A stretch of 64,000 nt of DNA, taken from NCBI GenBank assembly GCA_946186495.1, contig CAMHNQ010000008.1, positions 17,959 through 81,958 of the forward strand, read 5' to 3'. This stretch comes from an uncultured Bacteroidales bacterium (lineage in GTDB: Bacteria > Bacteroidota > Bacteroidia > Bacteroidales > WCHB1-69). Numbering within the stretch: position 1 is the first letter of the stretch; every line of letters begins with the position of its first letter. Under the pieces are notes generated by a model. That model ran no database searches. It was not told where the DNA came from and saw only the letters and a program-made list of their open reading frames with translations. Positions 46,697-54,956 of this stretch are shown piece by piece. A program made the translations under genes and the position numbers.

Positions 46697-48025
46697 ATGC
46701 AGATAATGAAGAAATGCTTAGTTTTCCTGTTGACAGGGGCTATGATATGTGGGATGGCTGCTACAGCGTGGGCTCAGGATTCCGTCCGCATTGACCTGAA
46801 CAAGGCTCTTGAGATCGCTCTTTCAGAATCCCCCACGATGCGCATTGCCGACCGCAATGTCCAAATCAAGCAGGTCTATAAGAAGGAGCAGATTATGTCG
46901 CTCTTCCCCGACGTGTCGATTGCCTCCAACTATAACCGCACTCTTCTCAAGCAGACCATGTCGATGGACATGGGGGGGCAGACGATGAACATCAAGGTGG
47001 GACGCGACAACACCTACTCCGTCGGGGCCAACCTGAGCCTGCCGTTGGTCTCTTTCCCGCTTTGGTCGAGCCTGAAACTCAGCTCTATGGACATTGACAT
47101 GGCGTTAGAGTCGGCCCGCTCCTCCAAGCTGGAGTTGGTCAACCAGGTGAAGCAGGCCTATTACACCTACTTGCTTGCGAAGCAGTCGCATGCCGTTTTA
47201 CAGGCCAGCTACGACAATCTGGAGGCCAGCAACCGGTTGGTGACCCAGTCGTTTGAGCAAGGCTTGGTCTCCGAGTTCGAGAAATTGCGTTCCGACGTGG
47301 CTTTGCAGAACCAACGCCCGTCGGTCAGCTCCGCCGCCAAAGCGGTGAAACTGGCTGCTATGCGTCTGAAAGTGGTGCTGGGCATGGATGTCAACGAGCC
47401 GGTGGTCTTCGAGGGGAGTCTTTCCGACTATGAGCAGACGGTGCTTAGCGCCACGATGCCTACGGAACAGGAAGTCCAGTTGGCCTACAATTCCGCTTTG
47501 CGGCAGATTGACATCGGCATAGAGCAGTTAGAGCAGTCGAAGAAGGTCGTCCGCGGTGCGTCGCTGCCGATGCTCGCCTTGGCGGGTGCCTTCCAGTATT
47601 CCGGCATGGGCGACGACGGCGGCACCTTCGCCAACTACCCCTATTCCTACGTGGCCCTGTCGTTGCAGATCCCGATAGTCGGCTGGGCGGCCACCCACTT
47701 CAAACTGCAGCAGTCCGACTTGAACATCGCGAACATGAAAGACCAGCGTCTCGACTTGGAGCGTAACCTCCGCCTCGGGGTGCAGAGCTACCTGAACGAC
47801 ATGCAGCAGGCCATCGAGGACATCGCTTCCGACAGCGAGACCATGCGTCAGGCGCAGAAAGCCTACGACATCGCCCAAAAACAGTACGAAGTCGGAATGA
47901 ACACCTGGCTGGACCTCCGCACCACGGAGCTTTCCCTCACCACCACACAGCTCACCTACTGCCAGGATATCTTCAACTACCTCACTGCCAAGGCCAACCT
48001 TGACGCAACATTGGGGAACGAGTAA
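46697..48025 (+). CDS. TolC-family outer-membrane efflux protein
   Basis: A 442-aa ORF (alternative ATG at 46706) with the signal peptide ...GMAATAWAQD. It has two OEP repeats with characteristic coiled-coil segments. It is the first gene of the TolC-MFP-RND operon. Confidence 0.85.
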   Translation: MQIMKKCLVFLLTGAMICGMAATAWAQDSVRIDLNKALEIALSESPTMRIADRNVQIKQVYKKEQIMSLFPDVSIASNYNRTLLKQTMSMDMGGQTMNIKVGRDNTYSVGANLSLPLVSFPLWSSLKLSSMDIDMALESARSSKLELVNQVKQAYYTYLLAKQSHAVLQASYDNLEASNRLVTQSFEQGLVSEFEKLRSDVALQNQRPSVSSAAKAVKLAAMRLKVVLGMDVNEPVVFEGSLSDYEQTVLSATMPTEQEVQLAYNSALRQIDIGIEQLEQSKKVVRGASLPMLALAGAFQYSGMGDDGGTFANYPYSYVALSLQIPIVGWAATHFKLQQSDLNIANMKDQRLDLERNLRLGVQSYLNDMQQAIEDIASDSETMRQAQKAYDIAQKQYEVGMNTWLDLRTTELSLTTTQLTYCQDIFNYLTAKANLDATLGNE

Positions 48026-48035
48026 TTAGTAATTG
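48022..48035. repeat. Heptamer pair GTAATTA GTAATTG overlapping the TolC stop codon
   Basis: Read directly from the sequence. It is a variant of the GTGATTR arrays at 28535 and 52549. Confidence 0.6.
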
Positions 48036-48156
48036 GGGCCTTCCCCGTAGGAAGCAGGTTCTTTGAGGAAAATAAACAATCATTCTATGAGCAGGTTAAG
48101 AGGGACAAAGGCCTGGTAGAGTGAAGTGCAAAAAAGAATAAAAAATAATACCGAAT

Positions 48157-49161
48157 ATGAAAAAATCAACCGTTTTATTGGCAATCATCATGTTAGTGTT
48201 GGGTGGTTGCAAGAAAAAAGAGGCCGTCACCGCAGGCGACCAGAAAATGACTATACGTACGCAAGAAGTGCACATGGAAGACGTGGAGCAGACCTTCGAA
48301 TACACCGCTATCGTGGAGGCTAACGCGGTGAACAACATCGCGCCGCTGACCGGTGGCCGTATCGACAAGATCTACGTTGAAGTGGGCGACCGCGTGGCCA
48401 AGGGCAAGGTCCTTGTGCAGATGAACGAGAACAGCCTCAAGCAGGCCAAGTCTCAGCTCGACAACCTTAAGACGAGCTTCAAGCGCATCGACGAGCTTTA
48501 CAAGGTGGGTGGCACCTCAAAGTCGGACTGGGACGCCATGAAGACCCAGGTTGACGTGGCGCAGACCAACTACGACAACCTGTTGGAGAACACGCAGCTC
48601 CTCAGCCCGATCTCCGGTGTGGTTACAGCCCGGAACTACGACAGTGGCGACCTCTTCGGCGGTCTCCCGGTGGTGACGGTGCAGCAGATCACGCCCGTGA
48701 AGATGAACATCAACATCTCCGAGACCCTGTTCAAGCAGGTGAAGGTGGGCACGCCGGTGAGCGTCAAGGTGGATGCCTACGGCGACGAGGAGTTCAAGGG
48801 CAAGATCAGCCTGATCTACCCGACGATGGACGGGGCCACGCACACGTTCCCCGTGGAGGTGCAGTTGGCTAATACCGACAGCCGCGTGCGCCCGGGCATG
48901 TACGCCCGCGTGACCATCAACTTCGGCACGCAGAAGCACGTGGTGGTGCCCGACGAGGCCATCTTCCGCCAGCAGGGCTCCGGCAACCGCTACGTCTATG
49001 TCTATAAGGACGGCAAGGTCTCCTTCAACCAGGTGGAGATTGGCCGCCACTTGGACAAGGCCTACGAGCTGCTCAGCGGCGACGTGCATGACGGCGACAT
49101 GGTGGCCACCACGGGCCTCGCGCGTCTGAAAGACGGGTTGGAAGTGAATGTGGAGAAGTAG
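48157..49161 (+). CDS. RND efflux periplasmic adaptor (membrane fusion protein), lipoprotein
   Basis: Lipobox LVLGGC. HlyD/AcrA-type barrel-sandwich, hairpin and beta-barrel segments are present. Confidence 0.9.
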   Translation: MKKSTVLLAIIMLVLGGCKKKEAVTAGDQKMTIRTQEVHMEDVEQTFEYTAIVEANAVNNIAPLTGGRIDKIYVEVGDRVAKGKVLVQMNENSLKQAKSQLDNLKTSFKRIDELYKVGGTSKSDWDAMKTQVDVAQTNYDNLLENTQLLSPISGVVTARNYDSGDLFGGLPVVTVQQITPVKMNINISETLFKQVKVGTPVSVKVDAYGDEEFKGKISLIYPTMDGATHTFPVEVQLANTDSRVRPGMYARVTINFGTQKHVVVPDEAIFRQQGSGNRYVYVYKDGKVSFNQVEIGRHLDKAYELLSGDVHDGDMVATTGLARLKDGLEVNVEK

Positions 49162-49197
49162 AAGGGACTCTGAAGTAGGCATCGCCCAGCGGTTTGT

Positions 49198-49221
49198 ACG
49201 GACGCGATGAATCGCGTCCGT
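49198..49221. repeat. GC-rich palindromic element ACGGACGCGAT-GA-ATCGCGTCCGT
   Basis: It is a near-perfect inverted repeat. A related copy, GGACGCGATTATTCGTGTCC, lies at 38446-38465. Confidence 0.75.
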
Positions 49222-49411
49222 CCCAAGATTAATCGTGTCCACCACGATGGACATGAGGAACATCCCCGTCGGCGACTATCGTCTGCGCTTGACGGACAAT
49301 ATCGGTAAAGAACACCATCAGAAAATAATGGTCAAAAATTAGCATTTATAATCATTCCTCGGTTACCCGTAGTGAGGACTTAATCTGCAAAATAAAATTG
49401 TACTATAAAAT

Positions 49412-52400
49412 ATGAGCCTATACCAAAAATCAGTTGAAAGACCGATCATGACCGGACTGATCTACATCGCCGTCGTGATTATCGGTATCTTCGCCTTGAC
49501 CAAACTGCCGGTCGATCTGTTCCCCCACATGGATGGCAACACCATCATGGTGCTCACCGTCTATGGCGGCGCCAGCGCGGAGGATATCGAGGACAACGTG
49601 TCCAAACCCATCGAGAATGTGCTTAACACGCTGAGCGACCTCAAGCACATCACTTCCAACTCCAAGGAGAACTACTCCATCGTCTATCTCGAGTTCGAAT
49701 ACGGGGTGGACATCGAGCAGAAAACCAACGATGTCCGCGACAAGTTGGACATGGTGAAGTCGGCCCTTCCCGACGGGGCCAACTCGCCCTACCTGTTCAA
49801 GTTCAGTGCCGACGACATGCCCATCATGATGCTGTCGGTGAAGTCGGGTCAGAGCACGCAGGCGCTCTATAAAATCCTGGACGACAAGGTCTCCTCCCCG
49901 CTGTCGCGTATCAGCGGCGTGGGCGCGGTCTCCATTTCCGGCGCCCCGCAGCGCGAGATCCAGGTCTATTGCGACCCCTACAAGCTGGAGAGCTATAACC
50001 TCACCATCGAGGCCATCGCCCAGATCCTGGGCGCGGAAAACCGCAATGTCTCCCTTGGTGTGATGGACGTGGGTTCCAAGACCTACTCCATGCGTGTCGA
50101 TGGCGAGTTTAACAGCGCCGACGAGATGGAGAGCGTGGTGGTCGGCAGCTACAACAACAAGAACGTCTATCTGAAGGATGTAGCCGTGGTGCGCGACACC
50201 CTGCAGGAACGTATGCAGGAGTCTTACACCGACGGACAGCGCGGCGCCATGGTCATCATCCAGAAGCAGACCGGTGCCAACACGGTGCAAATCTGTAAGA
50301 AAGTGCTGGCCCAACTGCCTGACATCCGGAACTCCCTGCCCGCCGACGTGGAACTCAACGTCCTGGTCGATAACTCCGACAACATCACCAACACCATTGC
50401 CAGCTTGGAGGAGACCATCCTCATCATCCTGCTGTTAGTGGTCGTGGTGGTGCTTTTCTTCCTCGGAAGATGGCGTGCCACGGTCATCATCGCCGTGGTG
50501 GTGCCCGTCTCCCTGATTGCAGCCTTCATTTATCTGTTGGCAACGGGCAACACGTTGAACATTATCTCGTTGTCGTCCATATCCATAGCCATCGGTTTGG
50601 TGGTCGATGACTCCATCGTGGTCTTGGAGAACATCACCACCCACATCGAGCGGGGGTCGAAGCCCAAGGCGGCGGCCGTGTTCGCCACCAGCGAGGTGTC
50701 GCTCTCCATCGTGGCCTCCACCCTTGTGATTATCGCCGTGTTCTTGCCGCTGACTTTCCTGACCGGTATGGCAGGCGTCCTGTTCAAGCAGTTAGGCTGG
50801 ATTGTCACCATCGTGATTGCCGTCTCCTTGCTTGCCTCCATGACCCTGACGCCCATGCTGAGTTCCCTGATGCTGAAAAAGAACCCCAAGAAGAGCAAGT
50901 GGTTCGAGAAAGCCTATGCGCCCATCGAGCGTTTCCTGACCTGGCTCGACAACATCTACGCCCGTATCCTGCGCTGGTGCGTGAACCACCGCAAAACGGT
51001 GGTGGGTGTGGCAGTCCTCATTTTCCTCGCCAGCCTGTCCCTGTTGCTTATCATCCCCACCGAGTTCTTCCCGACACAGGATAACGCCCGTCTGAGTGCA
51101 ACCGTGAAACTGCCGCAGGGCACGCGCGTGGAGACTACCAAGGCGTTGGGCGACCAGTTGGTGAAGGAGATGTGGGAAAAATATCCGGATGAAATCAAGA
51201 CCGTCAACTACTCCGTGGGTATGCCCGATGAGGACAACACCTGGAGCCTGATGCGAGACAACGGCACGCATCTGCTCTCCTTCAACATACGTCTGGTGAA
51301 GAAGACCGAACGTAAGAAGTTCATCACCGAAATCGCCGACGGTATCCGTGACATCATGAAGCAGCATATCGAGATCAACTCATATACCGTCTCCACAGGA
51401 CAGGGTAATATGGGCGGACAATCTACCGTGGATATCGAGCTGTACTGTTACGACTTCAACACCACCGACCAGTTTGCCACCGACCTTGCCGCGCGTATGC
51501 GCCAGGTGCCGGGCTGTTCCGAGGTGCTGATCAGCCGCGACGAGTACACGCCCGAACTGGAGGTTGTCTTCGACCGGCAAAAACTGGCCGAGAATGGTCT
51601 GAACTCCACCACGGGGGCCAGCTACGTGCGAAACCGCTTCAATGGCTACACGGCTTCCCAGTTCCGGGAGGACGGTGACGAATACAACATCCGCGTACGC
51701 TATGCACCCGAGTTCCGTAACGATATCCATGCCATTGAAAACATCCTGATGTACAACAATATGGGTAAGGGCATCCGCGTGGGCGATGTGGCCCAGGTGA
51801 AAGAGACTTTCACCCCGCCGACTATTGTCCGAAAAGACCGCGAACGTATGGTCAAGGTCTCTTGCGTGGTGGCCAAGGACGCGGCGTTGAGCGAATTGGT
51901 GGCCTCCGCACAGCACGAACTCGACCAGATGGATGTCCCCTCCACGCTCGACTACAAGATCGGCGGTACTTGGGAGGATCAACAAGATGCTTTCGGTGAC
52001 ATGTACATGCTGATGGCCCTGATTATCATCCTGGTCTATGTGGTGATGGCTGCACAGTTCGAGTCGTTCAGCTATCCGTTCGTCATCATGGGCTCCATCT
52101 TCTTCGCCCTCACCGGTGTGCTCATCGGCTTGGCTGTGACACAGACCGCACTGGGCATCATGGCTTTGATCGGCATCATGATGTTGATCGGTATCGTGGT
52201 GAAGAACGGCATTGTGCTCATTGACTACACGAGCTTGTGTGTGGAGCGTGGCATGAGCATCAAGGATGCCGTGGTCGCCGGCGGCCGCTCCCGTCTGCGC
52301 CCGATCTTGATGACTACCCTGACCACCGTGCTCGGTATGATTCCTTTGGCTGTTGATAAAGGTGAAGGCGCTGAGATGTGGAACTCCATGGGTATGGTGG

Positions 52401-52549
52401 TGGCCTGGGGCCTCACCTTCTCCACTATGGTGACCCTGATCCTCATCCCGATCGTCTTCAGCAAGTTCGCCGAATGGAACGCCCGGGGCGATGCCCGCCG
52501 CCGTGCCCGCCGCGAACGCAACAAAGCCCTCGGCGTCAACGAAGTATAG
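49412..52549 (+). CDS. RND efflux permease (AcrB/HAE1-like)
   Basis: A 1,045-aa ORF with 12-TM RND architecture and two large periplasmic loops. The opening is typical: SVERPIMTGLIYIAVVIIGIFALTKLPVDLFP. Confidence 0.95.
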   Translation: MSLYQKSVERPIMTGLIYIAVVIIGIFALTKLPVDLFPHMDGNTIMVLTVYGGASAEDIEDNVSKPIENVLNTLSDLKHITSNSKENYSIVYLEFEYGVDIEQKTNDVRDKLDMVKSALPDGANSPYLFKFSADDMPIMMLSVKSGQSTQALYKILDDKVSSPLSRISGVGAVSISGAPQREIQVYCDPYKLESYNLTIEAIAQILGAENRNVSLGVMDVGSKTYSMRVDGEFNSADEMESVVVGSYNNKNVYLKDVAVVRDTLQERMQESYTDGQRGAMVIIQKQTGANTVQICKKVLAQLPDIRNSLPADVELNVLVDNSDNITNTIASLEETILIILLLVVVVVLFFLGRWRATVIIAVVVPVSLIAAFIYLLATGNTLNIISLSSISIAIGLVVDDSIVVLENITTHIERGSKPKAAAVFATSEVSLSIVASTLVIIAVFLPLTFLTGMAGVLFKQLGWIVTIVIAVSLLASMTLTPMLSSLMLKKNPKKSKWFEKAYAPIERFLTWLDNIYARILRWCVNHRKTVVGVAVLIFLASLSLLLIIPTEFFPTQDNARLSATVKLPQGTRVETTKALGDQLVKEMWEKYPDEIKTVNYSVGMPDEDNTWSLMRDNGTHLLSFNIRLVKKTERKKFITEIADGIRDIMKQHIEINSYTVSTGQGNMGGQSTVDIELYCYDFNTTDQFATDLAARMRQVPGCSEVLISRDEYTPELEVVFDRQKLAENGLNSTTGASYVRNRFNGYTASQFREDGDEYNIRVRYAPEFRNDIHAIENILMYNNMGKGIRVGDVAQVKETFTPPTIVRKDRERMVKVSCVVAKDAALSELVASAQHELDQMDVPSTLDYKIGGTWEDQQDAFGDMYMLMALIIILVYVVMAAQFESFSYPFVIMGSIFFALTGVLIGLAVTQTALGIMALIGIMMLIGIVVKNGIVLIDYTSLCVERGMSIKDAVVAGGRSRLRPILMTTLTTVLGMIPLAVDKGEGAEMWNSMGMVVAWGLTFSTMVTLILIPIVFSKFAEWNARGDARRRARRERNKALGVNEV

Positions 52550-52576
52550 TGATTGGTGATTAGTGATTGGTGAGTG
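52549..52576. repeat. Heptamer tandem array GTGATTG GTGATTA GTGATTG GTGAGTG
   Basis: Read directly from the sequence. It begins on the last base of the RND TAG stop codon. Confidence 0.8.
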
Positions 52577-52698
52577 GATATACTTTCCTGGTTCACTGAA
52601 ATCACGATTCAACGAACCGCTTCGGAGAGTCAAAGAGAAGCGAGAGTCCTGCGAAGCGTGGGACAGTTAAAGAAAAAAACAAACAAAAACGAAAAAAA

Positions 52699-53004
52699 AT
52701 GAAAGCAGTCTTCATATCATTATATCAGGCCTTCTACGATGAGGTCATGGAAATTTTGGACAAGAACGAAATACGTGGTTTCACCTTCTGGAACGAGGTG
52801 CAGGGACGCGGCTCCGACAACGGGGAACCGCACTATGGCACGCACGCATGGCCGACACTCAATTCGGCTGTGTTGGCCTTCGTTCCGGATGAGCAGGTGC
52901 GGCCGCTGCTCCGAGACATCCACGAACTGGACATGTCTGCTGAACAGCAGGGCCTCAGGGCTTTTGTGCTGCAGGCTGAGGAGGTGACTGATAAGACCCT
53001 GTAG
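52699..53004 (+). CDS. Small P-II-like transporter-associated protein (PG0541-family-like)
   Basis: A 101-aa ORF directly downstream of the RND pump. It shows a beta-alpha-beta pattern (MKAVFISLYQAFYDEVMEILDKNEIRGFTFWNEVQGRG). I recall from memory that this family accompanies Bacteroidota RND operons. Confidence 0.55.
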   Translation: MKAVFISLYQAFYDEVMEILDKNEIRGFTFWNEVQGRGSDNGEPHYGTHAWPTLNSAVLAFVPDEQVRPLLRDIHELDMSAEQQGLRAFVLQAEEVTDKTL

Positions 53005-53115
53005 AGGCCGAACTTCCATCCTCGTAGCAAAACAACGGCCGCAATCCAGATGCAGGATTGTGAAAGTGTACCTGCAACGAGCGGAAATATCGCTCCCTAT
53101 CTTCCAAAACATAGT

Positions 53116-53151
53116 AGTTGAAAAAGCTCGCATAGTCAGGCTTTTTCAACT
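53116..53151 (+). terminator. Perfect 12-bp hairpin AGTTGAAAAAGC-(12 nt)-GCTTTTTCAACT
   Basis: Read directly from the sequence. It lies between the P-II-like gene and the next promoter. There is no long T-run, so its role as a terminator is tentative. Confidence 0.4.
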
Positions 53152-53169
53152 ATTTGTATTAAAAAAATG

Positions 53170-53177
53170 TATCTTTG
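53170..53177 (+). promoter_or_regulatory. -7 promoter box for the FISUMP protein gene
   Basis: TATCTTTG is preceded by A7, 39 nt upstream of ATG 53216. Confidence 0.55.
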
Positions 53178-53215
53178 CCAGTTGTTTGCTTAGATGTTTT
53201 TTTGAATCGGATGTT

Positions 53216-54439
53216 ATGTGTAGATATATGATAAACAAGGAGTTGTTAAGGTATTCCGATGCGTTTTCCACATCGGTCAGAAGTTGTGTGCGCGGATTTG
53301 TCGCTGCAGCGGCACTCGTGTTGGGCCTCTTTTCAGCCGATGCCCAGCAGTCGCCGTTGACTGTTCATGGTTTCGTGGCCGGGGGTATGACGGAAAACAA
53401 TGTGTATATCGCTATTGGTCAGCCATTTTACAGACAGTACCATAATGGAGAGGTCGAAATTTCCGAAGGGGTGGCCCAAGCGCAGCTGGTCACCAAAGAG
53501 ATAGAGGCAGGCATTTGCCAGGATGGGGTGTATGCCGAGAATTACTTCGAACTTGACGGCTTAGCCCCTGGTACCTATCAGTTCGAGAACTATCAGACCA
53601 ACGTGGATACCCTTTCGGGTTACGATCTCCTCAATAAGCTGACCCTCAATGTGTATGAAATATATAACATGGAAGATGCCCGCATGTACCACGCCGACGT
53701 GCTGCCCGTTGTGCCGGGAAACCTGCTAAAAGGAGGCGAGGATGTACAGCTGGTGGAGGGTATGAATGAACTGACTTACCTTTCTGTGCACGGCTGTGAC
53801 AGTTTGGTGCGCCTTTTCGTAACCATTTGCCCGCTGACGGTCCTGGATGCCGACAACCATCAGTACAATACCGTGGTTATGAACGATTTCTACTGCTGGA
53901 CGCGTGAGAATCTGCAGACAGAGAATTATGCGGCTTGTGAGGGTGCAGGTAGTCATGCGTCAGGCGGGTATGTGAATAACAGAATCTATAAGAGTATGTT
54001 ATATCCTGATGTCGCTGCAAATCTGTCCATATATGGCCGTCTTTATTCTTGGGACGATGCAGTGGGAAACCATGCCGTCGGTGACTATGTGCAGGGTATC
54101 TGCCCCTGCGGATGGCATATCCCCACTGCGGAGGAGGCCGCCCTTTTCGCCACCTACAGTTCTGAGGAAGTCAACAGCACCGAACATTGGTTGGATCCTA
54201 ACAACAACATCAACAGCACAGGTTTCACCATGCTGCCTGGCGGCTTCTACAATTCTGTCACTCAACAGTATGAAGGCCTGCGTACCGTAGCTGGTTTCTG
54301 GACTGACGTCAACCCGCAAGGCAGTGCCTCCACGGCTTTGATGATTCCCTATTTCTGCGACACACCCGGAGCGGAGGCACACAATGCCGGAGATGCGTTG
54401 AGCGTGCGTTGTGTGAAAGACAACCTCACTCGGGAATAA
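53216..54439 (+). CDS. Secreted protein with C-terminal FISUMP (Fibrobacter succinogenes major paralogous) domain
   Basis: The start is ATG 53216 or 53228; the track start 53060 crosses the hairpin and promoter. Signal peptide GFVAAAALVLGLFSADAQQ. The C-terminal motifs are ICPCGWHIPTAEEAALF, GFTMLPGGFY, GFWTD and SVRCVKD. Confidence 0.8.
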   Translation: MCRYMINKELLRYSDAFSTSVRSCVRGFVAAAALVLGLFSADAQQSPLTVHGFVAGGMTENNVYIAIGQPFYRQYHNGEVEISEGVAQAQLVTKEIEAGICQDGVYAENYFELDGLAPGTYQFENYQTNVDTLSGYDLLNKLTLNVYEIYNMEDARMYHADVLPVVPGNLLKGGEDVQLVEGMNELTYLSVHGCDSLVRLFVTICPLTVLDADNHQYNTVVMNDFYCWTRENLQTENYAACEGAGSHASGGYVNNRIYKSMLYPDVAANLSIYGRLYSWDDAVGNHAVGDYVQGICPCGWHIPTAEEAALFATYSSEEVNSTEHWLDPNNNINSTGFTMLPGGFYNSVTQQYEGLRTVAGFWTDVNPQGSASTALMIPYFCDTPGAEAHNAGDALSVRCVKDNLTRE

Positions 54440-54484
54440 GTTTTTCGTGATAAATCTTGTTGCAATATGCTGGCGGTGAAGGCT

Positions 54485-54937
54485 TCAACGCCAGAAGCGG
54501 CTTGTTATGTCTGTTGTTAACCCGTTGGCGTTGCAGTAAAGCCGCTGGTTTGTGGTTCGCGATCGAAGGCCACCGAGTTCCGGCCGATAGCCGCCTACTT
54601 TCAGGTAGTCGAACTGCGCAGCGTTTTGCGGCAGTGTGTCGTTTCCGGAATACCAGGCAACTTTCAGCTTGCTGTGCTGCCGGATGTAGTGCGCCAACTC
54701 CGACACCTCTTTCGGATTGCGGTCTCCGCCCATGAAGCACACACATGTGATTTGCCGCCCGTATTTCGCTAATAACGTGTCTAATGTCTTGTGGTCCAAT
54801 GCTTCCCCGATGTTCTGGTGCAGATGCGGACTATGGCAGCCCTTGCACCTGTGAGGACAGTCCGTGATGTTCACTGCCAAGGTCACCTCGTCAGGAATTT
54901 CTTGGAAGACAATATCGTAGTTATAGTATTTTAGCAA
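54485..54937 (-). CDS. nrdG: Anaerobic ribonucleoside-triphosphate reductase activating protein (radical SAM)
   Basis: A 150-aa ORF with the cluster motif CPHRCKGCHSP, lying directly downstream of nrdD. Confidence 0.9.
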   Translation of the reverse strand: MLKYYNYDIVFQEIPDEVTLAVNITDCPHRCKGCHSPHLHQNIGEALDHKTLDTLLAKYGRQITCVCFMGGDRNPKEVSELAHYIRQHSKLKVAWYSGNDTLPQNAAQFDYLKVGGYRPELGGLRSRTTNQRLYCNANGLTTDITSRFWR

Positions 54938-54956
54938 AATGGTTAATGGTTAGAGG

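Noticed and set aside
49247-49342. A 31-codon ORF (MDMRNIPVGDYRLRLTDNIGKEHHQKIMVKN) in the MFP-RND spacer.
   Set aside because: It has no promoter or family resemblance, and it overlaps the palindromic stems. It is more likely a structured non-coding spacer.
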